Source: Octopus vulgaris
Taxonomy: Eukaryota
Direction: 5' to 3'
Assembly: GCA_951406725.2 (NCBI GenBank)
Contig: OX597814.1
Span: 84,196,001 to 84,260,000, forward strand
DNA length: 64,000 bases
Position numbers and translations under genes: made by a program. Below are positions 1 through 13,990 of the stretch, one piece after another (the stretch's first letter is position 1; every line of letters starts with the position of its first letter). The notes beneath the pieces were generated by a model. The model saw only the letters and a program-made list of their open reading frames with translations, ran no database searches and was not told the origin of the DNA.

Positions 1-59
1 ATGTGTGACTATGCATACATACATACATAGATACATACATACATACATACATACATACA

Positions 60-117
<58 letters not shown>

Positions 118-453
118 TGTATGTATGTATGTATATATGTGTGCATGTCTACATACACATATACTTATACAAACACACGTACGGATGTGTGTGTACACAC
201 ACAAACACACAACATAGACATACATCCATTACATATTGCCGTGTATACAGTGATTTATAGTCGCTAATTTCAGTAGAATCTGACCTTTAGAACACACTTG
301 GCGGAAGTCCTGATTTTAGATCCCACGTCGCCAAGTACTCTATCATCATATACAGCTAGATCTGGTTAAGTCTGCTGAATCAGTACTGACCGAGACTGCA
401 AAACACCCAGAACTGTGGGTTTTGCAACTCGGTGTGTGTGTGTAAGTGTGTGA

Positions 454-492
<39 letters not shown>

Positions 493-693
493 TGTGTGTG
501 TGTGTATGTGTGTGTGGTGTGTGTCTGCTCGCGTGTATGTGTATTCTGAATATATGCATACGCACACATTCACATATATGTATATATACACATGTATAGA
601 AGCATATATGTATAAGTAATATAGATGTTTATACACATAATATGTATGTATATATATCTGGATATATAATATATATATATATGTATGCATAAA

Positions 694-731
<38 letters not shown>

Positions 732-849
732 GTGATCCATATGCTTAGCTCTATGCGGTTGAATGTGGATTATATGTATGATGTATGCTCATGTATCTAC
801 CTACGTATGTATGCATGCATGTATGTATGTATGTATGTATGTATGTATG

Positions 850-880
<31 letters not shown>

Positions 881-2504
881 GTATACATGTATGTATGTGC
901 GTATGTATATATATTGGTTGGTATGGGGATAAGTAAGTTGGTTGGTAGGTATGTACTACAAACCTACTCATATACGTAGGCATGCATACATGAACGAAAA
1001 TATTTATTGGTATTTTATGCATGCTTGTATATGTGACTGTATGAGGAAATCACTGTGTTCGTGCGAAGGCGTATATGTATTTGTGTGCGTTTGTTGTAAC
1101 AACTCCAAGTCTATATTGCAAAACGCCTATATATATATATATATATGCTTCTGTCTTTGTGTGAGTTTATGTGCATATGTATGAGTGTGTGTAAGTGTGT
1201 CTGTGTCTCTGTTTTCTCTTCCTGTAATCGGTAATGTATATGCATATAGATAGTGACAACGGAACGAATTTGGTTTTATGAAAATGTAATAAATGCAAAT
1301 TGCATATTTCCTTTCATTCATAATATGTGTATATATAATGTACAAATGTTTACATTCGCTACAAAGCGAAACTGTCCCAATATGTTGACTATTTATATAC
1401 GAGAATGAATAAAATGTGAAAAACCCAGCGATTATGAATCGCTCAAGCCGATAGAAAAAGCATTCAAATTTGACCTGAAAACGTACTCACGCGCTAGTGC
1501 GGATAAATATAGCCAATTGCTTGACCTTTCAGTGATTAGTTAAATCGATCAGCAGTTGATCAGCTCTATTGACCTCTAGAGGAGAGAACAGGCGATTGAG
1601 TCGATCCCGAAAGAATTCAATGAGTAGTCGACTTTAACGTGATTTGAACCTAGAACGTCTAAAGCTGAAGCAAACAAAATATCGGAAGCCATTTTGAGCA
1701 ACGTTCTAAGAATTCTGATAGTCCCCCCACCTTAACCCTTTAGCATTTAAACTGGCCATATCCGACCTGCTTTATGTTTGAACCAAGCAGATCCAACCTC
1801 ACAGATCTCTACAACGTCATTCTAAAAATAAATAATCACGTTCATTGAAATTTTGAAGCTATGAGATAATGCACAATTAATTTAAAACTATGTGAATTAA
1901 ATATTTGACAGAGTATTTTGAAAGCTAAAGGGTTAAATCATAGCATTATTAACTTGAAAAAAAAAAGAACACAGTTAATGTATTCTGGAGTAAAACATGT
2001 CTGGTAAAAAGATGGGATGATCACAAATAAAACAGATGTAATTGTAGGTCTGTTCGATTAGGATTGACCTAGGGCTAAACAACAACATCAAAAACAACAA
2101 CAGTTCCAATTAAGGTATTGCTATCGTGATCAATGTACTATGAATGTGTCTTTAATAAGAATTCACTCATATATCTGCACACAATAAATTTTGTGTTCAT
2201 TTTGAATCTTTACAAATGCACAGTTCGTGTCACGTCTATTTGTTTTGATTTGACTTCATTTAACATCGTGAAGTCTTTTCCATGTTATAAAAATAGCATT
2301 GTGTCTTTGCAGGAAAGCGCCAAACAGAAAGACGTAAGTTTAAGTCCTGTAGAATCTTACGTTTGTAATCGCACTTAAATACATATTCATTCGGTGACCA
2401 CATTTTATTTTGCTCCAAAATGTTAAACATGCATTTTTGTTCAAGTTTAGATAACCCCCAAATAGATTAGATTTAATGGTATATTTGCGTGTGCGTGTGT
2501 GTGC

Positions 2505-2576
<72 letters not shown>

Positions 2577-2669
2577 CCTGTGTGCGTACGTGTATGTGTG
2601 GGTGAGCATTTCCCTGAAATTAATATATGTAAAACTCGCCTAAATCAATGCATGCGATATAGTATAGAC

Positions 2670-3230
2670 ATAATCTGGCTTCATAAAGAAGTACGTAGAT
2701 ATATAATTCAAAAACTACTGACCACCACCATATTTGACTTAATAAAAGCTTGCAAGACCTTTATAAAAAAATGTAAATGATAGTAGGTTGTTGTGGAAAG
2801 AGTATTGGAACGTAGAAAACACTTATTTCAATACTCTTTTTCCTTTACAACTTTACAACCTGTTTGGTGTGAAGAAGGTACATTTAAACCATCTTCTGAG
2901 GCTCTTAGAAATATTATCTTAGAATTTAGTGAGAGCATCTTTAAAAGAAAATGCAATGAGTCATTTAACAAGATTAAGTTGTTCAAGCATGTCTGGAACT
3001 GATAAATGGAAGTTGATTATTAGGACGAGATCTTGGCAATATCGTTCCAGTTTCTTAGCTCTTTGCGATAGTTACAAGAATGTGTTGTTGGCACTTGATA
3101 TGCTTAACAAAGAACTAATGAGATGAGGTGGATGTGAAGTTCCAATATTTGTTAAAGGAGGTCCTGTTGTTGCTTTATTTGAAAAAAATATGCTAGGAAT
3201 TTATGAGAAACTTTAATCAATTTTACGGTA
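2670..3230 (+). mobile_element. Decayed hAT (Buster/Charlie-like) transposase fragments
   Basis: WLHKEVR resembles LHTEVRW, plus a weak match to the dimerisation region near 3050-3180. Confidence 0.35.
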
Positions 3231-4576
3231 TTGCCACGATTTTCAACAACGAATTACTTCATTCTGTAATATTTGTTCACAATAAGGCTACGAGCTGACA
3301 GAAACGTTCAAATTCCACCGAGGTCGATTTGCCTTTCATCCTTTGGGGGTTGATAAATTAAGTACCAGTTACGTACCGGGGTCGATCTAATCGATTGGCC
3401 CCTCACCAAAAATTTCGGGCCTTGTGCCCAGAATAGAAAAGAATATTTGCTCACACTCCGGGTCGGATACAAATAACCAACCACTCGTACCCAATCGACT
3501 TTGAATTAAGTTAAGACTAAACAGAGAATGCATATTTTAGATTTTTTTAGCATTCTTTGATCAACTCCAATTCATCCTTAAAAGGAAATCTAAATTTCAA
3601 AAACATTCTATGCAAGTTATTTTAATGATTCGGATTGTATTTGTCTAGCAAATGTCTAAAGCAGATATTGTGAGCTGTATTTATTTGGCAGTGATATTAT
3701 ATTGTAACTTCTTTGGCAAGTGTCTTAAGAATGTGTGAGTTATTTGTTTGGCAAGTGTCTTTAGCAGAGATTTTGTCTTGTATTTCTTTGGCAAGTATTT
3801 TGATTTGACATTGTATGTTGTATTTCTATGGTAAATGTCTTCAGTTAATATCGTGTGTTGAAATTGAAACGATTGCATTTTGGACGAGTCATGTTAGTAA
3901 TTTTAAATATTTACGCTACAGTAATTATTGCTGCAGTAGACCTGTTCACAAATGGAACTGTGTCAGTGACTAGAATGAGAATGTACGACGAAACATTTTG
4001 ACAACTCTATAGCAGTCTTTTTCAACCACTGTATCACGTATCATCCGCAGATGTGACGCATATTTTTTAGATGAGTCGGTATATATCAGGATATTTGTAA
4101 CACCTGAGTATTTTTTAACACACCATACAATTTACATGTGCATTTATAAGCTTCGAGATACAATGCGTACATCCATCCTTGTTTTTAAATAATTTTAAAC
4201 TAGCTTCTTCTTCCTTTTCTTTATATAATAAAACTTTCGAAAAGCTAATAGTGCAGTGTAACACCTTTAGCATCTTATTTAGTGTGGTGTGGTTAAGAAA
4301 AGGTTCAAAATCGCTGATTTATAGAATACATATAGTTTACATAACTGCGAAAACTGACAACAGTGAAAATAATGGCATATGTGTGTCATAAACGGCTAGC
4401 ATGATTCTTCCATGGTGTAAGTTGATTATTCTAAATTGTAAATTGACAATTTATGAGTTCTTTCAATAACACCAATCAATAGGTCACCTCACAAACTAAC
4501 CAAAATATTGAGGAACCTTCAACGGAATGATCAGTTGGATTACAGACAAATTACAGCTTCACTTGTATAAAATATT

Positions 4577-5199
4577 GGTTTCAAACTTTGACATAAGGCC
4601 AGTAAGTTCGGAGGAGGGGGCAAGTCGATTACATCGACCCCAGTGCTCAAATAGTACTTATTTTATTAAGTACGACAGGACGAAAGGCAAAGTCGACCTC
4701 GACGGAATTAGAACTTAGAATGGAACGACGGGCGAAATACCGCCAAGCATTTCGCCCGGCGTGTTAACGTTTCTGCCAGCTCACCGCCTTGCTTGTATGA
4801 AATATTCTTTTCTACTCTAGGCACAAGGACCGAAATCTTGGAGGGAGGGGTGCAGTAGATGAGAACGACCCAGTACACAATTGGTACTTAATATATCGAC
4901 CCCGAAAGGATGAAAGGCAAAGTCGACCACGGTGGAATTTAAACTCAGAACGTAAAAACAGACGAAATACCTATTTCTTTACTGCCCACAAGGGGCTATA
5001 CACAGAGGGGACAAACAAGGACAGACAAACGGATTAAGTCGATTATATCGACCCCAGTGCGTAACTGGTACTTATTTAATCGACCCCGAAAGGATGAAAA
5101 GTCGACCTCGGCGGAATTTGGACTCAGAACGTAACGGCAGACGAAATACGGCTACGCATTTCGCCCGGCGGGCTAGCGATTCTGCCAGCTCGCCGCCTT
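4577..5199 (-). mobile_element. Two tandem tRNA-derived SINEs with a Meta/MESC-like core
   Basis: Head GGCGGCGAGCTGGCAGAA..GTTAGC, B-box-like G(AG)TTCAAATTCC, core GCCTTTCATCCTTTCGGGGTCGAT..AAGTACCAG. Same family at 3285-3445(+), 9970-10360(+), 10535-10722(-), 18425-18605(-), 30362-30750(+), 39330-39540(-), 48530-48730(-), 60565-60785(-), 60842-61015(+). Confidence 0.85.
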
Positions 5200-5709
5200 G
5201 CTTGTATGAAATATTGCAAGAGCGATACAGTTAGTCGCTTATGACGACACTTCACGTTCAGTATTCAAAACATTATAGTGAATAGAGCAAGACAGAGATG
5301 AACAATAAGTTTTCACTTTTGGAATTCTCTTTCCATTTTGCTACCGTGGGTATCTCTGTGCTTGTGTGTATCAGTGCACTCGCTCGTGTACGAAAACATA
5401 CACAGCACAATGGCTTAGAGGTTTGCTTCATAAACAAGATGCCCTCTATTGGAACCCACTGCATAACATATTGGGTCAGCAGTTTCTATTATAGTCTCAC
5501 GTTGACCAAAATCTTCTGAGTAAAATATGGTAAATGGACACCGTGCGGAATCCTGCCACATGGGCTGCGAATATATTACTCAGCCACCTCAACTATTATA
5601 CGAGGAATAGGTAACTACAATGATGGAGCTACTAGAATACCCACGGTCGACATTGACACAATATTTCTTTATTTTGTGTCTGCATATTCACACACACACA
5701 TACGTATAT

Positions 5710-5774
<65 letters not shown>

Positions 5775-6018
5775 AAGAGAGAGATAAATATACATACATA
5801 TACCTATATATATATGTGTGTATATATATATATACGTATATTTATGGTATATATGTATGTATATATATATGTGTGTGTGTGTGTGCGTGTGTATGATATA
5901 TATACATATATATGTACATATATATATAATTATACATATATATACATACGATGGGTGTATAAAAAACAAAATCATGTTTTGTTTTTTTTTGTTTTTTTTA
6001 CCCCCCTCGTATATGTAA

Positions 6019-6115
<97 letters not shown>

Positions 6116-6368
6116 GGGTGTATTTGGCAAGTTCTAGAGAGGAACGAAAGCGCTAATAATAATGAATAAATAAAAAGGATCTTTTTCCAAAATTCTGACG
6201 ACTTCTTTTTCTCAATATGTATATATATATATATATGTGTTGTGTGTGTGTGTGCGCGCGCGCGCGCGTGCGTGCGTGCGTGCGTGCGTGTATACATATA
6301 TATAAACAATATGGGTGGCTACTTCGCAATTTAACAACCTAAAGGCAAACGTATGTATTTCTGCTTTT

Positions 6369-6428
<60 letters not shown>

Positions 6429-6574
6429 TACCTCATGTTTGCCTCTCTATGTGTATTAGTAATAGAATTTAAGTAAGATGAATCTAAAAAGTTTTACAGT
6501 GAGCCTGCGTATTATACGCGTTGTGCCTAAATGTATTTATGAATGAATGCGTGCATGCATGTATGTATACACAC

Positions 6575-6960
6575 AAGCGTGCATACACATCTGGGACAGT
6601 GCTGATGCTGCATACACAGACATTCTAGACCGCATCCAGAACAGAGCCACTCGACTGACTGACTTAAACTCACGTTTACAGACACGTTCCAGCCTTTGGC
6701 TAACAAGTATGCTGCCTCCTCTCTGTCTTTTTCACAGCAACTACAATGGCTTCTCTTCTTCGGAGATAGATGGGTTCAATACGCCTCTACCCAGGAATTC
6801 CCGAGCTATGTCTCTTATACCCTTGTTGTTTTACAATCCAAACTACTATTCCCTAACCTCCCTTCCCAGAACTTCTTCCCCACTGGTGCTAATTCCCTGC
6901 CCATCTTTTTTCCACGGATGTTGACATACAATATTTCAAGAATATTTTACAACATTAGCT
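6575..6960 (+). mobile_element. L2/CR1-group LINE 3' fragment
   Basis: CIHIWDSA..DILDRIQNRATRL post-RT motif. Confidence 0.6.
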
Positions 6961-7317
6961 TCGGATGGTCAGGGAAGGCCCGCATGCACTTCCACAGACC
7001 GAGCAAATCACAACAACAAAGAAATGCACAAGAACAAAAATAAATAGAAAAATAAATAAAAAGATGGAATCGACAGACTTGGGCGATTACCACACACTGC
7101 AGCTCCATGCAAATATAATTAGTATCTAACAGGTTTTTTCAATTTTGTGATTTTTCGCAAATTAGACGGCGTATGGTGGATCCATTTTAATAATTGAGAA
7201 ACCTCTCCCGTAGAGATCCTGGCTACGCCCATGATATGTGTGTGCCCGTGCGCGTTTCTGTTCGTAAAGTGTTTTTGGTATGAAACTAGATTCACATGTA
7301 ACTTCTATAGTATTCTC

Positions 7318-7357
<40 letters not shown>

Positions 7358-7360
7358 TCA

Positions 7361-7441
<81 letters not shown>

Positions 7442-7459
7442 GGAGAGAAAGAGAGGGAG

Positions 7460-7519
<60 letters not shown>

Positions 7520-7521
<2 letters not shown>

Positions 7522-8407
7522 GATCATCTCACAAATAATGCGGTTTTTTTAATACTTCTTTTATTATTCAAAAATAAGATAAACAAAGTTATATTTTAAT
7601 CTAAAATATACTCTCCTTCATTTTCTACAATGCTCTTCCATCTATCTGATAGACTTGCAAGACTCCTCTTCCAAAATTCACTTCTCCGTGACGAAGAATA
7701 CTCCTCCACTACTGTTCTGACCTCATCTACAGAATTCATATTTTTTCAGTCCGAATGATTTTGAAGACTGCAGAATAAATGATAATCAGATGGGGCAATG
7801 TCCGACGAATATGCTGGGTTGGGCATCGTTTCCTATTCAAACTGCTCCAGCCTTCGGAATGTCATCCTCGCTGAATGTGGCCGAGCATTATCCTGATGGA
7901 AGAACACTTTTCGTCTTGAAACAAAAGATGGTCGTTTTTCATCTACCGCTGGTGTCGATGACTGGTTGAATGACCAAATCCAAGCTTCTCTGCTACTTCC
8001 TCAACAGTTACGATGGGATTTTGTTCGACCAGGGTTTGCAGAACTTTACGCTCGTCTTTTAGGGTGTAGCTTCAGGCTCGGAATTTCTGGAACCACCGTT
8101 GACACTGATTTACACTTATTCTCTGATCCCCATATACTGCACTAATATTCCTCGCAATTTTTCTTTGCGTTGTTGCCTTTATTGAACTCATAAAGCAAAA
8201 TATGCCGAATATACTCCATTGTCACTTTCATTATAGCTTTGGAAAAATAAATGTTAAAATCGAACTGCACTCTTCCAAAACTTGCACTAAGAATAAAGGC
8301 AAGGTAAAATCACTACCTGCTTTTGTAGCACTTTGACGCAGGTAGTTTATCGGGTTCCCCTTCGATTTTTAGTTCAATTGAAAAAAGCGCATTATTTATG
8401 GGATGAC

Positions 8408-8411
<4 letters not shown>
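7520..8411 (-). mobile_element. Internally deleted mariner element
   Basis: TIR pair GGATCATCTCACAAATAATGCG / CGCATTATTTATGGGATGACCC. Minus-strand remnants HILLYEFNKG, FFHQDNARPH, AYSSDIAPSDYHLF, RWKSIVENEGEY. Confidence 0.85.
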
Positions 8412-8465
<54 letters not shown>

Positions 8466-8626
8466 TACATGTCTGTATGTATATTTACATACATATGTAT
8501 ATATATATATATATATATATACACGCATATATACATACATTCATACATAGATACATGCATACATACATACATACATACATACATACATACATACATACAT
8601 ACATACATACATACATACATACATAC

Positions 8627-9290
8627 AAGTCATATTCACTCATAATAAAAAGGAGTACTGGTGAAATGTCTCAGTGAAAACCTCAATAAAATATAAGCGC
8701 AACACATCTGATATAATGTTTAAGATAGAGAAGAGAAACTGCACAATTGTCGAAATTAGCTATCCAGCGAATACTAACATAAAGCTGAAGATCAGTGAAA
8801 AAGAGAATATCTATGCTGCACTATTGAGAAATCTGCAGTTACTCTATCCAGGTTACAAGTTCAGGTTTACGCTTGTAATTATTGGGGCCCTGAGATATGT
8901 AACACGTTGCTTAAATATCAATCTTGAGAAATTAGGCTTCTCAAATCCAGAAAGAAGAAAACTAATTCGAAGACTACAGATCCAATTCATCACTGGAACT
9001 GTAAAAATCTGTAAACCTTTCCAGAAGTTTATCATTTAAATATATATGAGCAAGTCTAGATATGCAACTATATGCATTAGAATACATACATAAAGCAAAA
9101 CATACAAATTTGCACATATACATACGTACGTACATACAAACAAACATACATACATACATACATACATACATACATACAAAAATACCCTGTTATTGATGTT
9201 AAAATTCCAATGAAGGAGCCTCGAATCTAGGTTAGAAACCAGCTCTTTCTCTATTGGCAAAAAATCATTAAATAAAACTGAACAATGACT
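8627..9290 (+). mobile_element. 3' fragment of a second RLE non-LTR family flanked by (CATA)n
   Basis: ORF 8674-9039 resembles an RLE C-terminus (SDIMF..CTIVEISYP..EKENIY..VIIGAL). Preceded by (CATA)n 8555-8626 and ending in a degenerate (CATA)n at about 9290-9325. Confidence 0.7.
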
Positions 9291-9563
9291 TACATGCATG
9301 CATACATACATAATACACACATACATATAAAAGAGGGAGGGAGAATAGATTTAGAACGTAATTGATTAAATAGGAGAGAAAGGAAGGGTGCGGAGTTAGA
9401 GGGAAAGTGGGGAGATAGAGAGAGATAAAGGGAGAGAGAGGAAACATAGAGAACGACGAAGCTGGAGGTAGATATAGGGAGAGAGTCTGTGAAATCAGAA
9501 TTTGTGGTGTGGCTGAATCCAGTAAATTCAGACAGTGGCAGACAGATAGGCAGACAGGTAGAT

Positions 9564-9666
<103 letters not shown>

Positions 9667-9969
9667 TAGATAGACTGGATGAGAAAAGTTAAAGGGAGAA
9701 AATAGAGGATGTGATGTAACAAAAAGTGAGAAAGATAGAGAATACGGAAAAGAACTATATGTAAGGGGGGATGAGATGTAGAAGAAAGAGGGAGTGAGGT
9801 AATTAACTAAGTGGTGGTAATAGGGGAGGTAAGTCATGATAAATTGTGCTGGAGGAGGAAAAGGTAGAGGGAAAAGGGAAAGAGACACAGGGGGGTGGGG
9901 AGTGAGATGATATGACGTTGCGGTTGTTCAACCCGAGGTCAACCATGAAAGCGTTTAATATTTTGTAGA

Positions 9970-10360
9970 CGGCGAGCTGGCAGAGACGTTAGCTGGCCGG
10001 GCGAAATGCGTAGCCGTATTTCGTCTGCCGCTACGCTCTGAGTTCAAATTCCGCCGACGTTGACTTTGCCTTTCATCCTTTCGGGGTCGATTAAATAAGT
10101 ACCAGTTACGCACTGGGTTCGATGTAATCGACTTAATCCGTTTGTCTGTCCTTGTTTGTCCCCTCTGTGTGTAGCCCCTTGTGGGCAGTAAAGAAAAAGA
10201 AATAGGTATTTCGTCGTTCTAAGTTCAAATTCCCCCGAGGTCGACTTTGCTTTTCATCCTTTCGGAGTCGATAAATTAAGTACCAGTTGCGTACTGGGTT
10301 CGATTTAATCGACTGGACCTCTCCCCCAAAATTTCGGTCCTTGTGCCTAGAGTAGAAAAT
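9970..10360 (+). mobile_element. Meta-core SINE, dimeric form
   Basis: Core present twice, separated by TTAATCCGTTTGTCTGTCC..AAAGAAATAGGTATTTC; same structure at 4807-5199 and 30362-30750. Confidence 0.85.
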
Positions 10361-11203
10361 AAATTTTTCTTTTAGTTTTTTTTTTTTTTGTAAGTACATT
10401 ATCGGATTTTATTAGTTTTTTTCCATCTACTTCAATTTTTCATCGGATTTTCAAAAAAAAGTTATTTCGAAAATCGTATTCGTTTTTTTTGTTTTTTGTT
10501 TTTTTTGTTCCTTTTTCTCTCAAAAATAGCGATTCTTCCTTCTATAGGCACAAAGGCCTGAATTTTAGATGGGAAAGGAGAGGCCAGTCGATTACATCGA
10601 CCTCAATGCTCTCGAGTGGATGAAAGGCGAAGTCGACATTTGAACTCACAATATAAAGCCGGAAGAAATGCCGCTAAGCATTTTATCTGGCTCGGTAATG
10701 AGCTTGCCGGCTCGCCGCCTTTTTTCCAGAAATTAATAATAAAGAAGTTACATCAGCGTAGAAGATTTGAAAAAAATCTTGGGAAAATTTGAAAAAAATC
10801 TTGGGAAAATTTGAAATTCTTCAAGTGGTTAGAAGAAATTCAATGAAATCCACAATATGTTTGTTTTGTTTTTTTTGTACTTTCTAAGACTGTAGGTTAT
10901 GATATGAGCAATATGAAGAAGATCTGGCTGCTATTTCTAAAAAATAAATTAGAGCATCCATATAGAGGCCTGCCTCTCGTTCGATCGTTGGATGATGTGA
11001 AATAGGTAAAGCACAGAAGCTGAGATAGAGCGGGGTGGGGAAAATGGAAGGTGGGGGATAGAAACACAAGTTAGAGAGGGGCTGAGAGGGAGTTAACTTA
11101 GTAAGTAGGTAGGTAAGAGTAGTAACACTAAGGAGGAGAAGGAGGAGGAGAGGGTGACATACAACCAGCAGCAACAGATGAAAGCAACTGCTAATCATGT
11201 CGT

Positions 11204-11257
<54 letters not shown>

Positions 11258-12110
11258 ATAATAATAATAATAATAATATTGCGGTTACGGTGATGGTTGT
11301 TGTTGGTATTATACTTGTTACAGGAGTTGTGGCGGCGATGGGAGCATTGTTAATAGCTGTTGAGGTTGTTGTTGTTATTGTTGTTTTTGTTGTTGATGTT
11401 GTTTTAGTTTCTGATGTTATTGCTACTGTTTAGCCCCAGGTCAACCATGATCAATTAAATTGACAGACACCTGTGATCAAAAGAAGACACTCCAGTCGCG
11501 ACTATCCCGTCTGTTTTTCCAATGTGTGGAGAATATAGGACCACATTATCCAACGTCTTTTATTCATTTTTCTGTTATCAATTTTAACGACCTTTGAGTG
11601 GGATTCGAGGCAGATTTGACTGCTATTTCTAACTGCATGCCGGACGACCACCTAAAGGTTCCTTTGTAGTTGTACCGTTGTTGTTTACTGTTACTGTGAA
11701 TGTTGTAGAAGTGACAGTAATAGTTGGTGTAGTTGTTGTGCGTTATCGTAGCGTCGATCGAGCAGACATGATCAAAGGCATTCCAGCCACGACCAATCCC
11801 ATAATTTTTAAATATCAGTGACTACAATATATTCCTTTTTTCTCTTGTGGCGGTAAGTGGGAGTGATTTGAGGGAGATTTGGCTGATATATATTTTTTTT
11901 TTCTTTTTTTTTTGTTACTTGTTTCAGTCAGTTGACATGCTGGAGCACTGCCTTTAGACGAGCAAATCGACCCCAGAGCTTATTCTGTGTAAGCCTAGTA
12001 CTTATTCTATCGGTAACTTTTGCCGAACCGCTAACTTATGGGGACGTAAACACACCAGCATCGGTTGTCAAGCGATGTTGGGGGGGGGGGACAAACACGG
12101 ACACACAAAC

Positions 12111-12155
<45 letters not shown>

Positions 12156-12164
12156 GATATAGAT

Positions 12165-12225
<61 letters not shown>

Positions 12226-12420
12226 TATACAGTTTCCGTCTACCAAATCCACTCACAAGGCTTTAGTCGGCCCGAGGCTATAATAGAAGACACTTGCCCA
12301 AGGTGCCATGGAGTGGAACTGAAACCATGACCATGTGGTTGGTAAGCAAGATACTTACCACACAGCCATATATATATACACACACATATGTGTGTCTATA
12401 TGCATACACATATATATATG

Positions 12421-12490
<70 letters not shown>

Positions 12491-12844
12491 GAGAGAGAGA
12501 GAGAGAGAGAGAGAGCAAAACAGACAGAGAATGAGAATGAGAAACAGAGCTAAGTGACCACGTAGAGACTGACTATTTTTGTCATTGCATATGTTATTGT
12601 TGTTATTGTTGATGTTGTTTTGCCTTAATCTGGTCCTGATCGTTCATATATATGTATATCATCAAAGGCTTTCCAACAGTGACTATCATTTCTTCTTTCT
12701 ATTTTTGAGACAGCATATAGTAACGCTTTAAGGGAGTTTACGCGCTATTTCTAGCAGGCCGAATACCTGCATACAGACTCCTCCCTCATGCCGTTGTCAT
12801 AGTACGATATTGGTGTTATTTATAATACTATTGTTTGGAACTTG

Positions 12845-12912
<68 letters not shown>

Positions 12913-13038
12913 TGAAACAACTGTTATTAAAAAAAAGTGACTTGCAAGACCGTGTATATCTAGTTGGCGTGTATGTATGATTTTGTAAACAATGTACCAC
13001 AAACTTCGTATACACAGACACAGACACACACACGTACG

Positions 13039-13069
<31 letters not shown>

Positions 13070-13070
13070 T

Positions 13071-13144
<74 letters not shown>

Positions 13145-13261
13145 CATAGATAGATTTGTTACATTAAGTTTTGCAGGTGCAGTACCTGGTAGTATGTGAA
13201 TATGGAATGATATTAATAACATACATGAATGAAACATCTGTGTGCAATGACAAAACACAAA

Positions 13262-13335
<74 letters not shown>

Positions 13336-13557
13336 TATGCATATATAAATATATACATGCATGTGTGTGTGTGTACGTGCAAAATGCAGTGGATTGTGTG
13401 TTACCAGGTCGCAGTAGTACGACGAAATGTTTAAACCCTCGCAAAATAAATGAAAACTGAATATCACTTTTACTTTTTTGTGTGTGTGACTTTAAATACG
13501 ACTAAACAGGTTCTGCCAGAATGTAATTAACACACACACACACACTCATACACACAC

Positions 13558-13652
<95 letters not shown>

Positions 13653-13743
13653 CGCATATATAATCACAAGAGGAATTATACTTTTTATAAGTATATATAC
13701 ATATATACTTTTATAGAAGGTAGAACAGTATGTGAAGGTAGAA

Positions 13744-13833
<90 letters not shown>

Positions 13834-13982
13834 ATCGAAGTATATAAGTAGAGTCAACCAGGTAAGTGAAAGCTTAACACTTGCGGAAAGCACCTATTTG
13901 AATTGTCAACAAAAGAAAAACAAAAACATTGCAACAGGTGACATTATTATCATTATTTGTAGGAAGAAGAGGTTTGTTAAGT

Positions 13983-13990
13983 ACTTACCT
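13983..13990 (-). promoter_or_regulatory. 5' splice donor of the PLA2 exon
   Basis: Perfect consensus AG|GTAAGT exactly where PLA2 similarity breaks off; the ORF-track stop TAA lies inside this intronic motif. Confidence 0.88.

Noticed and set aside
2240-2290. SFNIVKSFPCY resembling the missing PLA2 C-terminal FN...CF motif
   Set aside because: On the opposite strand from the PLA2 exon and lacks the preceding F..CL and VG motifs.
11197-11433. Hydrophobic ORF resembling a transmembrane protein
   Set aside because: Derived from (TAC)/(TAA)/(GTT) trinucleotide tracts.
13830-13870. Plus-strand CAG|GTAAGT donor
   Set aside because: No acceptor or polypyrimidine tract upstream, only (GT)n.
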